Numbered from the stretch's first letter, positions 33,261 to 43,163 are shown. The stretch is DNA of 64,000 nucleotides from Kofleriaceae bacterium (GCA_046597055.1 JBKJLC010000013.1:1-64000), one strand, 5' to 3'. The notes: generated from the letters alone by a model not told the origin. Numbers and translations are program-made.

Positions 33261-34985
33261 ATGGCCGGTCCGGACCAGGATCCCGACCCGGTCGATCCGC
33301 GGATCGGGCGGGTGCTCGACAACCGCTACCGGATCGTCGAGCCGATCGCGCAGGGGGGCATGGGCTCGGTCTATCGCGGTGAGCGGGTCAAGCTCGAGCG
33401 CGGGGTCGCGATCAAGTTCCTCCACGCCTGGGCGGTGGCCGACGCCTCGTTCATCAAGCGCTTCGAGCTCGAGGCGCGGGCGATGGCGAAGCTGCAACAC
33501 CCCAACTGCGCGGCGGTGATCGACTTCGGCGTCGAGGGCCACGAGCCCTACGTCATCATGGACCTGGTCGCCGGGGTGTCGCTGGGCCGGCTGCTCGAGG
33601 ACGGGCCGCTGCCGGCACCGCGCGCGGTCGACATCGCGCGCCAGGTGCTGGCCGGGCTCGCGCACGCCCACCGTCACGGCATCATCCATCGCGACGTGAA
33701 GCCCGAGAACATCATGGTCGAGGCGACCGACCTCGGCGACCACGTGCGCATGCTCGATTTCGGCCTGGCCAAGATGATGAGCGAGACCTCGGGCAACCTG
33801 ACCGGGGCGATGGTGGTCGGCACGCCGAGCTACATGTCGCCCGAGCAGAGCCGTGGCGATCCGGTCGACGCCAAGGCCGACGTCTATGGCGTCGGCGTCG
33901 TGCTGTTCGAGATGTTGACCGGTGCCAAGCCGTTCCAGGGCGAGGACGCGGGCGAGACCATGCGGATGCACCGCGAGGAGCCGCCGCCGCGCCTGATCGA
34001 TCGCGCGCCCGGGGTCGCGTTCAGCACCGCCCTCGAGGCGGTGCTGGTCCGCGCGCTCGCCAAGTCGACCGTCGATCGCTACAGCGCCGCCGAGCTCGCG
34101 GTCGCGCTCGACGAGGTCGCGGACCGCCCGCCCCGCGTACCGTCGGCCGCGGAGCTGCCGGTGCGGGCGACGATGGTGCTCGATGCCGCCGAGCTGATCC
34201 CGCTCACCACCGCGCTGGCCGCGCCGACCGCGCCAGGCGCGACCCCGCCGCCGCGGCCGCTCGCGCCGCCGCGGTCGACCGCGCCGCCGGCGCCCGGTGC
34301 GCTGGCGGCGGGACCGCCGGTCGACCCGGCCCGAACGCAGACGCCGCCGGCCTCGTGGACCACGGCGCCGGCGCCGGCGACCCAGGCGCGACCCGGCCAG
34401 ATCGCGCGGGCGCTGGCCGGTGCCCGCGAGCGCTGGTGGCTGGTCGCGGCCGGCGGGCTCGCGGGGCTGGCGCTGATCGTGGTGATCGTGATCCTCGTCG
34501 GCGGTGACGGCGCGCCCGCCGCAGGGCCCGCCGACGCGCGCGAGGCCGACGAGATCGAGATGCCGGTCGACGAGCGACCGGGCCCACCGGCCGAGCTCGA
34601 GGCGCTGCGCGCGCGGGTCCGCGGCGCCTCGACGCCACAGTCGGTGGTGCAGGCGCTGCAGCGGCTCGGCAGCGCGCACCCGACCAGCGCCGAGATCCCG
34701 CTGGTGCTGGGCCAGATCTACTTCGACCGGCTGTGGGTCGACGACGGGCTCGAGCAGTTCCGGCGCGCGATCCGCATCGACGCAGCGCTACGCGAGGACC
34801 CGGCGCTGATCCGCGCGGCGCTCAACGGCCTGGGCAACGACAGCCATCACCCGAAGGTGCGGCGGTTCCTGGCGCGTGACGTCGGCGCGCCGGCCCGCCG
34901 CTTCCTCGAGGGCGTCGCGACCGGCAACTGGCGCAGGGAGGTCAAGGAGCGCGCCGCGGCGACGCTGCGGGATCTGGGTCCGTGA
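33261..34985 (+). CDS. Ser/Thr protein kinase with TM and TPR-like C-terminus
   Basis: GGMGSVY, VAIK, HRDVKPEN, DFG, GTPSYMSPE. Confidence 0.95.
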   Translation: MAGPDQDPDPVDPRIGRVLDNRYRIVEPIAQGGMGSVYRGERVKLERGVAIKFLHAWAVADASFIKRFELEARAMAKLQHPNCAAVIDFGVEGHEPYVIMDLVAGVSLGRLLEDGPLPAPRAVDIARQVLAGLAHAHRHGIIHRDVKPENIMVEATDLGDHVRMLDFGLAKMMSETSGNLTGAMVVGTPSYMSPEQSRGDPVDAKADVYGVGVVLFEMLTGAKPFQGEDAGETMRMHREEPPPRLIDRAPGVAFSTALEAVLVRALAKSTVDRYSAAELAVALDEVADRPPRVPSAAELPVRATMVLDAAELIPLTTALAAPTAPGATPPPRPLAPPRSTAPPAPGALAAGPPVDPARTQTPPASWTTAPAPATQARPGQIARALAGARERWWLVAAGGLAGLALIVVIVILVGGDGAPAAGPADAREADEIEMPVDERPGPPAELEALRARVRGASTPQSVVQALQRLGSAHPTSAEIPLVLGQIYFDRLWVDDGLEQFRRAIRIDAALREDPALIRAALNGLGNDSHHPKVRRFLARDVGAPARRFLEGVATGNWRREVKERAAATLRDLGP

Positions 34986-35139
34986 CCGACGACACGAGCT
35001 CGGGGTCGCTCGCCTTCGTGGTCTGCTCCGCCGTCTGCGCCTTGCTGGTGGCCGCTTGATCGCTGCAGCCGCTGCGGGCCATGGGCGCCGCGAGCGCGAC
35101 CACGATGAACGGTGAGAACCATGAGAGGGCGCTGCGCAT
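34942..35139 (-). CDS. small exported peptide or truncated gene
   Basis: AAGGAG RBS, hydrophobic N-terminus, upstream sigma54 motif; overlaps the kinase 3' end. Confidence 0.4.
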   Translation of the reverse strand: MRSALSWFSPFIVVALAAPMARSGCSDQAATSKAQTAEQTTKASDPELVSSVTDPDPAASPRRAP

Positions 35140-35163
35140 CCGATACTCCTTGTCCGGGGTGAT

Positions 35164-35179
35164 TGCAGAGAGCGGGCCA
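35164..35179 (-). promoter_or_regulatory. sigma54-like promoter (TGGCCCGCTCTCTGCA)
   Basis: GG-N10-GC, 25 bp upstream of the ATG at 35139. Confidence 0.55.
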
Positions 35180-35400
35180 CCTCTTGAGTGCGCCATGCAC
35201 CGAGAACGTGCCGAGGGTGGCGGGCGCGGGCGCACGGGAGATGTACACGCGCGCCACAACCGCGGGAGGTGAGCGCGAGCGGGCACGTGGGCGGCGCCGC
35301 GCGCGCGTGCGCAAGATCGAACGTGCACGACGTTCAGCGTCCGCGTGTCCAACGAGAGATCCCGCCTGTCGGGAGTGACCGCCCGCGCCGGTGATCACGG

Positions 35401-35438
35401 TTGACAGGTTCACCCCGCAGGACTGAACATCGGATCAG
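35401..35438 (+). promoter_or_regulatory. -35 TTGACA plus LexA-like operator CTGAACATCGGATCAG
   Basis: 35423-35438 matches 14/16 positions of the Myxococcus LexA consensus as I recall it (CTRHAMRYBYGTTCAG); directly upstream of imuA. Confidence 0.7.
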
Positions 35439-35446
35439 TAGCGGCC

Positions 35447-36136
35447 ATGGGCACCGACGATCCTCACTTCGGCTCGGTCCGCGCGTTCCTCGAGCGCGCC
35501 CGGACCTCGGCCACCGCGACCGCGACGGCGCGCATCGTGACGCTCGAGCCGGAGCCCAGCGCGCCGGTGGTCACGGCGCGCTGGCAGCTCGACGAGCTGA
35601 CCGGGCGGCTGGTCGAGCTGTCGGGGGTGGGCGCGGTGGCGTCCCTGACCGCGGCCGCAGCGCTGGTGCTCGAGGCCCAGGTGCGGGGCGAGCCGGTCGC
35701 CTGGCTGGCCCGACCCACGACGACCTTCTTCCCGCCCGATCTGGCCGACCGCGGCATCGATCTCGACGCGCTGGTGGTGGTGCGGGTCCCCGACGTGACC
35801 GCGATGATCCGCGCCGCCGATCGCCTCCTGCGCTCGGGTGCGTTCGGGCTGGTCGTGCTCGATCTCGGCACCGCCGGCAGCGCCGCCGAGGTCCCGATCG
35901 CCGCGCAGGGTCGGCTGGTCGGCCTCGCTCAGCATCACGACGCTGCGATCGTGGTGATCACGGAGAAGCCGCGCGACACCGCGTCGCTGGGATCGATGGT
36001 GTCGCTGCGCGCCGAGGCGGTGCGCGAGCGCGGCGCGGGCGGCTTCCGCATCGCGGTCCGCGCGATCAAGGACAAGCGGCGCGGTCCGGGGTGGGCGGAG
36101 GTGGTGGAGGCGTTCGCGCCACCCGGGATGAAGTGA
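35447..36136 (+). CDS. imuA: ImuA / RecA-like accessory protein
   Basis: GRLVELSG, GIDLDALVVV, LLRSGAFGLVVLDL; degenerate Walker A; precedes imuB. Confidence 0.85.
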   Translation: MGTDDPHFGSVRAFLERARTSATATATARIVTLEPEPSAPVVTARWQLDELTGRLVELSGVGAVASLTAAAALVLEAQVRGEPVAWLARPTTTFFPPDLADRGIDLDALVVVRVPDVTAMIRAADRLLRSGAFGLVVLDLGTAGSAAEVPIAAQGRLVGLAQHHDAAIVVITEKPRDTASLGSMVSLRAEAVRERGAGGFRIAVRAIKDKRRGPGWAEVVEAFAPPGMK

Positions 36137-36184
36137 GGCCGACGTGAAGGCCGGGGCCGTGGCCGCCACCAAGGACGTGCCGTG

Positions 36185-37744
36185 ATGCGGGTCGCGTGCG
36201 TCGATCTCCCGGCGTTTCCGCTGCAGCTCTTGCTGCGGCGGGAGCCGGCGTGGCGCGCGCTGCCGGTGGTCGTGGTCGACGAAGATCGGCCGCAGGGCCG
36301 GGTGCTGTGGGCGAGCGACGGTGCGCGCGCGAACCGCGTGTTGCCGGGCCAGCGCTACGCGACCGCGCTGGCGCTGGCGCCCGGCCTGCGCGCCGGCCTG
36401 GTGCCGCCCGAGGAGATCGCCCAGGCGCTGGCGGCCCTGGCCGAGCGCCTGCACGCGCTGTCCCCCGAGGTCATGCGCGCCGACGAGCCCGGCACGTTCT
36501 GGCTCGGCGGCGCCGGCATGGCCAGCCTGTATCCGTCGGCGACCGCGTGGGGCAAGGCGATGGCGGCGGTGCTGACTGACCAGGGCCTGGCCGGCGTGGT
36601 CGTGGTCGGTTTCTCGCGGTTCGCGACCTACGCGGTCGCGCGCGCGTTCGGCCGCGGCCTCGGCATCACGGCCGGCGCGCCCGGCGCGGCCGGCGCGGCG
36701 CCAGAGCCGCCGCCGGTGCGGGTCCACGTCCACGCGCGCGACGTCGACGAACGGCTGGCCGCGCGCTCGGTGCCGCTCGACCGGCTCGAGGTCGCGCCCG
36801 CGCTGCGCGACGCGCTGGCGCGGCTGGGCGTGACCACGCTCGGGCAGATGGTGCGCCTGCCCGGCGGCGGCATTCTCGAGCGCTTCGGCGCCGACGCCCA
36901 CCGCCTGTACCAGCTCGCGGCCGGCGAGGGCTGGGATCCGCTGGCGCCCGAGCCGCCGCCCGAAGCGCCCGACGAGCGGGTCGACCTCGACGATCCCGAG
37001 ATCGACGCCGAGCGCCTGGTCTTCGCGACCAAGGCCGCGGTCGAGCGCCTGCTGGTCCGGCTGGCGGACAGCCGGCGCGCGCTGGCCGCGCTCTACCTCG
37101 AGCTCGACCTGCGCCACTCGCTCGCGCACCACGAGCGCCGGGTCGATTGCATCAAGCCCGCCGCGGCGACCCTCGACGGCCGCAGCCTGCTCGGCCTGGT
37201 CCGCCTGCGCCTCGAGCACCAGCCGCCCGCCGCCGGCGTGGTCGCGATCCGGGTCTGGGCCGACGACGTCCCGGCGACCCGCGAGCAGCTCGCGCTGTTC
37301 GCCGAGAAGCCCCGCCGCGATCTGCGCGCCGCCGACACCGCCCTGGCCCGGCTCCGCGCCGAGCTCGGCGACGACGCGATCGTGCGCGCGGTGCTCCGCC
37401 CCGGCCACCTGCCCGAGGCCCGCTTCGGCTGGGAGCGCCTCGACACCGTGGTCGCGCCCCGGCCCCGCCGCGATCTCGCCCCCGTCCTGATCCGCCGCGT
37501 CCTCGCGCGCCCGCTCCTCCTGCCGCCCCAGTCCCCCCACGTCCGCGACGACGGCTGGGTCCTGGCCGGCCTCGAGAACGGAGCGGTCGCCCGCATCGCC
37601 GGCCCCTACGTCGTCTCCGGCGGCTGGTGGGCCAGCGACGTCTACCGCGAGTACCACTTCGCCGAACTCCGCCGCGGCGACTGCCTCTGGCTCTACTACG
37701 ACCGCACCCGCCGCCGCTGGTTCCAGCACGGCGCCGTCGAGTGA
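36185..37744 (+). CDS. imuB: ImuB, catalytically inactive Y-family polymerase-like protein
   Basis: ACVDLPAFPLQ, LARLGVTTLG, HLPEARF, GPYVVSGGWW..REYHF..LWLYYD..WF.HG. Confidence 0.9.
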   Translation: MRVACVDLPAFPLQLLLRREPAWRALPVVVVDEDRPQGRVLWASDGARANRVLPGQRYATALALAPGLRAGLVPPEEIAQALAALAERLHALSPEVMRADEPGTFWLGGAGMASLYPSATAWGKAMAAVLTDQGLAGVVVVGFSRFATYAVARAFGRGLGITAGAPGAAGAAPEPPPVRVHVHARDVDERLAARSVPLDRLEVAPALRDALARLGVTTLGQMVRLPGGGILERFGADAHRLYQLAAGEGWDPLAPEPPPEAPDERVDLDDPEIDAERLVFATKAAVERLLVRLADSRRALAALYLELDLRHSLAHHERRVDCIKPAAATLDGRSLLGLVRLRLEHQPPAAGVVAIRVWADDVPATREQLALFAEKPRRDLRAADTALARLRAELGDDAIVRAVLRPGHLPEARFGWERLDTVVAPRPRRDLAPVLIRRVLARPLLLPPQSPHVRDDGWVLAGLENGAVARIAGPYVVSGGWWASDVYREYHFAELRRGDCLWLYYDRTRRRWFQHGAVE

Positions 37745-37811
37745 TCCGCGCTGCCGACCGCGCTGAGAGACGGGCGCTCACGACCAGGCGGACGGGCCGG
37801 CCCGCTGAGCG

Positions 37812-38858
37812 CTACAGCCGCGCCAGCGCCGCGGCCCCGGCCACCCGGCCCGCATCGATGTACTGCTCGCGCAGCCCGCGATCGGCCAGGCCCGAGAACG
37901 GCGTGCCCGCGAGCGGTTGCTCGGGACGGATCTCGATCAGCTCGACCGCGCGCCAGCCGAGCGCCTCGCGCAGCTCGGCCCGTTGCGCCTTCGACAGGCC
38001 CCAGCTGCGCGTGAGCGACTCGACGCGGGCCAGCTTCTCGTTGACCTTCCGGCTCTGGACCAGGTCGCGGACCAGCCGCTCGTTCACCAGCATCTCGAGC
38101 ACGCGACCGACGAGCTCGAACCCGCGCGGGGGGGCCTGGTCGACCAGCTGGCGCGCGTTGTCGGTGACCACGATGACCCGGCGCACCTCGGGCGAGTCGA
38201 GCCCGTACGAGACCGGCGTGTTGTTGACGGCGCCACCGTCGACGCAGTAGCCAATGCCGTCGAGATGCACCGGCGTGAACAGCAACGGAAACGCCGCCGA
38301 CGCCATGGTCGCCATGACCACCGCCCGGCGCCCGTCGGCGCTGTCGAAGCTCGGCCCCGAGAACTCCATGATGTGCTCGAACGTGGTGTCGCCGGTGGCC
38401 GAGCCGTGGGGGCCCGACTCGGCGGGCATGCCCTGGAGCGCGGCGACCACGAGCTGCAACGTGATGTCGGCGATGGGGGGGGTGGAGCCGCGGACCACGT
38501 GGGTCAGCGCGCGCGCGACCACGGTCGCCATCTCGCGCGACGACGACAGCCCGCCGCGGAGGACCCCGGACAGCGACGGCCGAAGAAACTTCCACCAGTG
38601 CGCGTCGCGCACCCAGGTCTCGGTCAGGATCTCGGTGGCGAGCTCGATCCGGCCGTAGCGGATGCCGGCCGCGAAGACGCCGGCGTTGAGCGCGCCCGCG
38701 CTCGCCGCGACGATGCGGACGATCGAGAGCTTGGCCTGCGCGATCTGCTCGAGCACGCCGGCCTGGAACGCGCCCTTGGCGACCGCCCCGGCCAGGACGA
38801 GCGCGGTGGGGGGCGGCGTGGACTCGTCGAGGCTGGCGAAATCGTCGCGACCGACCAT
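37812..38858 (-). CDS. patatin-like phospholipase
   Basis: LVLAGAVAKGAFQAG, AASAG, MASAAFP, VDGG. Confidence 0.9.
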   Translation of the reverse strand: MVGRDDFASLDESTPPPTALVLAGAVAKGAFQAGVLEQIAQAKLSIVRIVAASAGALNAGVFAAGIRYGRIELATEILTETWVRDAHWWKFLRPSLSGVLRGGLSSSREMATVVARALTHVVRGSTPPIADITLQLVVAALQGMPAESGPHGSATGDTTFEHIMEFSGPSFDSADGRRAVVMATMASAAFPLLFTPVHLDGIGYCVDGGAVNNTPVSYGLDSPEVRRVIVVTDNARQLVDQAPPRGFELVGRVLEMLVNERLVRDLVQSRKVNEKLARVESLTRSWGLSKAQRAELREALGWRAVELIEIRPEQPLAGTPFSGLADRGLREQYIDAGRVAGAAALARL

Positions 38859-38971
38859 CGCCGCATTCTAGCCTCGCCCCGTCACGCCCACCGGGGGTCG
38901 GCCGGCGCTGATCACGGTGCCACCCGACGGGACCGACGGGACCGACCGGTCCCGGGCCGCCGTGGTCGAGG

Positions 38972-39832
38972 TCAGAAGCCGCGGGCCGGGACCTGTCGCT
39001 GCAGCCAGTTGGACGACGGGTAGCCGCTCGCGGCCGAGATCACGTGCAGCGTGTAGGCGTGCCGCGAGGTCGGCGAGCGGTTGGCGTGGCTCATGTGCGG
39101 GGCCAGGCCGTCGAGCACGATCAGGTCACCGCGCTTGACCTCGAGCGGGACGAGGCGCGTGTCGTCCCACGGGCGGTCGTCGAGAAGATCGAAGTGGGTC
39201 GTGCGGCCGTCGCGCACGAAGCGCGACTTGAGCCCGTCGCGGTGGGCACCGGGGATCGCCCACAGGCAGCCGTTGTCGGTGCGGGCGTCCTCGAGCGCGA
39301 ACCACAGGCCGACCATCGCCTCGGGCGTCGTGTGCAGGAACGTCGCGTCCTGGTGGCAGCGCACCTCGCCGCCGATGTAGGGCTGCTTGAAGATGTACAT
39401 CGACTGCATCAAGCGCGGCTCGGCGATCCCGAGCCCGGCGACCAGGGCGGCCAGCGCCGGCGTCCGTGAGAAGCGATCGAACGCGGGGTCGAGATCGTGC
39501 AGCGCGTGGCCGATCTTGTTGATCGATTGCGCCTTCGGGCGCACCAGCTGGCCGTCGCGATCGAAGCCGCCTTCCTCGAAGAAGAACCGGATCTGGTCGC
39601 CCGAGTCGAGGAAGTAGTCGTCGGTCTTGCGGGCCTGCTCGTCGGTCGTGAAGACGGTCCGGCGGGTCCCCGGCTCGAACCCGGCCACCAGCGCCTCGGC
39701 CCGGGCGCGCAGCGCGTCACACTGCGCGGGATCCACGAAGCCGGGGAGGATCACGAAGCCATCGCGGTGATAGTGCGCGAGCTGCGCGGGGGTGATCACC
39801 GGTCGACCGCTGGCCTGGCCTGCTGCTTCCAT
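38972..39832 (-). CDS. phytanoyl-CoA dioxygenase (PhyH/PHYHD1-like)
   Basis: INKIGHALH, QSMYIFKQPYIGGEV..HQDATF, HMSHANRS..SRHAYTLH. Confidence 0.93.
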   Translation of the reverse strand: MEAAGQASGRPVITPAQLAHYHRDGFVILPGFVDPAQCDALRARAEALVAGFEPGTRRTVFTTDEQARKTDDYFLDSGDQIRFFFEEGGFDRDGQLVRPKAQSINKIGHALHDLDPAFDRFSRTPALAALVAGLGIAEPRLMQSMYIFKQPYIGGEVRCHQDATFLHTTPEAMVGLWFALEDARTDNGCLWAIPGAHRDGLKSRFVRDGRTTHFDLLDDRPWDDTRLVPLEVKRGDLIVLDGLAPHMSHANRSPTSRHAYTLHVISAASGYPSSNWLQRQVPARGF

Positions 39833-39942
39833 CGCGGGGGCAACACACCACGATCCGGCGCCGCGGGGCAACCGGCCTGGTTTCCGCCGACCCGGGGCCC
39901 GCGCCCGGACCGCCGGGCCTCGGAGGTCCCCGGACGCACGGC

Positions 39943-39960
39943 TGTCCGGGATCCCGGACA
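39943..39960. promoter_or_regulatory. perfect 18-bp palindrome TGTCCGGGATCCCGGACA (candidate regulator site)
   Basis: Lies in a divergent intergenic region about 260 bp upstream of a sigma54 motif. Confidence 0.45.
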
Positions 39961-40218
39961 TTCCACCCGGTCGCCGTCAGGTCGCGGCCGGGTCGCGGCT
40001 GGCGGGTCGCCCGCGACCCGTCGTCGCCGGCGCGGCGCGCGTGGCGGACCGCACGGTCGATGGTGCGCGCGGTGTGCGCGCGCCGCTGTCGGACGAGCCT
40101 CCACCTGTATGGTAGCCGCGCTGTTCGTCGCCGCGCTGTAGCGCACGTTGATGCTGACGAGCACGGGCGACGCCGCCCGCTGCGCGTGGAGACCGGCGAT
40201 ACCGCACGACCGGGCCCG

Positions 40219-40234
40219 AGGCACGGCTGGTGCA
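40219..40234 (+). promoter_or_regulatory. sigma54-like promoter (AGGCACGGCTGGTGCA)
   Basis: GGCACG and GG-N10-GC upstream of the ATG at 40291. Confidence 0.55.
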
Positions 40235-40290
40235 GTTCCCGGCGCGGGGCGCGGCCGCTGCTTTGCGACCATCACTCGGGGGGGGACGTA

Positions 40291-41379
40291 ATGACGCCAG
40301 ATCAAGATCCGGGCGCGGTGCCGAGACCACGCGAGTCCGCCACGGAGACGCCCACGCGTCGCGTCCAGCACGTGCAGCGCAGCGGGCCCAACACGACTCG
40401 CGCGCGGCGGGCACCGCGGGTGCTGATCGGCCGCTACCAGCTCCTACATCGGATCGCCAGCGGCCACATGTCGGAGGTTTACCTCGCTACCGACCAGGTG
40501 CTCGAGCGGAACGTCGCGATCAAGATCCTGCGGACCGGCCGGGCCCACGATCCGCACAACGTCGACCGGTTCCGGCACGAGGCGCTGAGCCTGTCGCGGA
40601 TCGACTCGCCGCGCGTGGTCGCGGTCCACGACATGTACCTGGGCGGCACCGACGAGCACTTCCTCGTCATGCGCCACATCATCGGGCGGACGCTCGCGCA
40701 GTTCATGGAGGAGGTCGGGACGCTGGCCGTCCCGCACGCCGTGCGCCTCGCGTGCGAGATGCTCGACGGCCTGTCGGAGCTGCACACGCGGCACCTGGTG
40801 GCGCGCGACCTCAAGCCGTCGCACGTGATGATCGACTGGGAGGACCACGCGGTGCTGCTCGCGCTGGGGATCGCCCCACAGCGGCGGCCCCAGCGGTTCC
40901 CGTCGGCCAGCCCGGTGTGCGGCACGCCGTTCGGCCTCGACGCCGGCAGCGAGGAGGACGAGGACGACCACCAGGATCTCCGGCAGGCCGGCCTGCTCCT
41001 GCTCTACATGCTCACCGGGGTCCATGCGTCGGCGACCCGCGAGCTGTCGACGCTCACCGCCCGCATCCCACCCGCGATCGCCCGCGTGGTCCAGCGCGCC
41101 CTGACCAGCGAGCCGGGCTCCCGGTACGCGAGCGCGCTCGTGATGAAAGAAGCGCTCGAGCGAGCGCTGCGCGAGGCGGCGCCGGTGTCGACCCGACCAG
41201 CGATCGCCCAGCCCGCCCTCACCCGCCCGATGGCCGCGCCGGCCCGGCCGGCGGCAGCGTCCGTGGCCGACACCGAAAGGTCGGGAGCCCCGGCGACGTC
41301 AGACGAGACCAACGACGAGGCAATCCCGACCCTGTGGGTCGATCCCAACCCCACGGTGGTGGGGCGGATCGCCCGGTAG
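40291..41379 (+). CDS. Ser/Thr pseudokinase-like protein
   Basis: Kinase fold (VAIK, RDLKP) but ARDLKPSH, ALG in place of DFG, and no APE. Confidence 0.82.
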   Translation: MTPDQDPGAVPRPRESATETPTRRVQHVQRSGPNTTRARRAPRVLIGRYQLLHRIASGHMSEVYLATDQVLERNVAIKILRTGRAHDPHNVDRFRHEALSLSRIDSPRVVAVHDMYLGGTDEHFLVMRHIIGRTLAQFMEEVGTLAVPHAVRLACEMLDGLSELHTRHLVARDLKPSHVMIDWEDHAVLLALGIAPQRRPQRFPSASPVCGTPFGLDAGSEEDEDDHQDLRQAGLLLLYMLTGVHASATRELSTLTARIPPAIARVVQRALTSEPGSRYASALVMKEALERALREAAPVSTRPAIAQPALTRPMAAPARPAAASVADTERSGAPATSDETNDEAIPTLWVDPNPTVVGRIAR

Positions 41380-41393
41380 CCACCAACCCAGGG

Positions 41394-42485
41394 TCAGCTG
41401 GCGGCGCAGCAGACGCCGCCCTCGATGCCAACCGAGACCCGGCCGAGCTCGCGCTCGCCGGCCGCACACTGGATCTGGCCGTCGCCGATGTCGCCACGAA
41501 CCTGGCCGCCCAGGGCCTCGCACTCGGCCACCGAGATCGCCGGCGCCGGCGGGTTGGCCAGGCAGGCCGCGAGCTCGGGCGTCGCCGACCAGCCGCAGGC
41601 GCCGTCCGCCTGGCGCTCGCAGGTCGCGCTCTGGTAGCAGACGTACTCGTCGCGGAAGTCGCAGGTGGTGATCACGCCATCGCGATCCGAGCAGACCTGG
41701 CCCGAGCAGCCGCCGACGAAGCACTCGTCGACCGCGGCCTGGACCCGGGTATAGAACTGCGTGACCGTGCGGCCCTTGGCCGTCTGGCCGTTGGCGCGGA
41801 CCGTGTAGCGATCGCCAAAGACGATCAGGCCGCCGCCCTCGAACGTCAGCCCGGCGAGCCCACGGCCGATCTCGTCCTCGGTCGCGCCCGACGGGGCGAA
41901 GTCGAGGTCGGCGATCTGCGCCGACACCGACCCGTTGAGCTTGGCCTCGCGCTTGTCCGGGCACGGCGCCTGGATGCAGCGCACGCCGCTCTGCTCGACC
42001 TTGACGCCGATGCCGTCGACCGCGCCGTCGGCGGCGCCGGCGACCCACGCCTCGGTGGCGTCGAAGCGACCGAGGTTGCCGTAGCCGGGGAAGCGCTGGG
42101 TCTTGATCGCACCGCGGACGAGCACGCCACCCTGGCGGTACGCGTTGTCGCGCATCGGCGCGAGGTCGCGGTCGGACAGCCCGAGCGCGCTGGTGTCGAG
42201 CGACGCGACGTAGCACGACTGCGCGCGACGACCGTCGGCGCAGGTGAGCTTCGCGCTGTTCACGCGCGACACGAAGTAACCGCCGCAGCCGGGCGACGCG
42301 CATTTTCTGACGTCGGCGCGGATGTGGAAGTACGTGAAGGTATCGGAGCCGGCGAGGTCGGCCTTGCCTGCGAGCTCCTCGGAGACATCGCCCGCGAGCT
42401 CATCTTCGGTGACCGTGGAGTCGGTGCACGCGGAGACGAGCGAGAGGGAGGCAACAGCGAAAGTGGCGAGATAGTTCCGGAACAC
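41394..42485 (-). CDS. Cys-rich lipoprotein (DUF6748-like + eight-cysteine-cluster-like domains)
   Basis: Lipobox VSAC; DVRKCASPGCGGYFV; CFVGGCSGQVC..TTC..CY..CERQADGACGW; AAGGAG RBS. Confidence 0.8.
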   Translation of the reverse strand: MFRNYLATFAVASLSLVSACTDSTVTEDELAGDVSEELAGKADLAGSDTFTYFHIRADVRKCASPGCGGYFVSRVNSAKLTCADGRRAQSCYVASLDTSALGLSDRDLAPMRDNAYRQGGVLVRGAIKTQRFPGYGNLGRFDATEAWVAGAADGAVDGIGVKVEQSGVRCIQAPCPDKREAKLNGSVSAQIADLDFAPSGATEDEIGRGLAGLTFEGGGLIVFGDRYTVRANGQTAKGRTVTQFYTRVQAAVDECFVGGCSGQVCSDRDGVITTCDFRDEYVCYQSATCERQADGACGWSATPELAACLANPPAPAISVAECEALGGQVRGDIGDGQIQCAAGERELGRVSVGIEGGVCCAAS

Positions 42486-42527
42486 GAGATCTCCTTGGTG
42501 ACGTGACGTGGTAGCGCAGCCGCTCTC

Positions 42528-42543
42528 AGCAACGGCCGGGCCA
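42528..42543 (-). promoter_or_regulatory. sigma54-like promoter (TGGCCCGGCCGTTGCT)
   Basis: GG-N10-GC with TTGC, 43 bp upstream of the start. Confidence 0.62.
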
Positions 42544-42786
42544 CCCGGAGACTGTCGTGATCACTGCGGGTCTGGGCGACGCCCCCGTGACGCTTCTGCG
42601 CAGTTATCGACCCACTTGCCGGCGACTCGATTGGCCACTGCGGCGAGAGATACGCAGGACGCGCGATCTCGTCAGTGGCGATCGTGGCGAGAGCGCACGG
42701 AAGTACGGGCTGGCCGCTGGCCGGCAGAGCGCCAAGGTGCCGCACGTCGCTCCGACGGGCTGCCCTCAGGATCCCGCACATCTTTC

Positions 42787-43061
42787 CCGGTGTCCCTGAG
42801 CCAGGGCGAGCGCAAGCGAGCCCGCCGCCTCCGGGCAGCCCGTCGAAGATCACGTGCGGCACCTTCCCGCTCTGCCCTTCGACACGGCGCCTGCGGCGCC
42901 GGCGCAGGGCCACCGGGAACGGTGAGCGCTTCCGATCACATGAAGACTTGTGATCAATCCCGAGCGCTGACCTTCGACACGGCGCCTGCGGCGCCGGCTC
43001 AGGGCCACCGGGGTGAGCGCTTCCGATCACATGAAGACTTGTGACTTGTGATCAATCCCGG
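42787..43061. repeat. REP/REPIN-like cluster with ~95-bp tandem duplication
   Basis: Reverse unit at 42787-42850; forward units at 42875 and 42971, each followed by GAGCGCTTCCGATCACATGAAGACTTGTGA. Confidence 0.85.
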
Positions 43062-43163
43062 GCTCGGCCGGCGACGGCCGCCGACCGAGATCGGGTAGAG
43101 CGAAGTTGGACGCTTGGCCGAGCTCCTCGCGCCGCACGCCGGCAAAGATCGCACCGCCCGCGG

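Noticed and set aside
29499..34679. 1726-aa minus-strand ORF
   Set aside because: Antisense shadow of well-supported plus-strand genes; Arg/Gly-rich text typical of high-GC off-frames.
35447..36136. Calling this gene recA
   Set aside because: Too short, no functional Walker A, and adjacent to imuB.
42875..43061. Possible CRISPR array
   Set aside because: Only two long near-identical units, no unique spacers, no cas genes.
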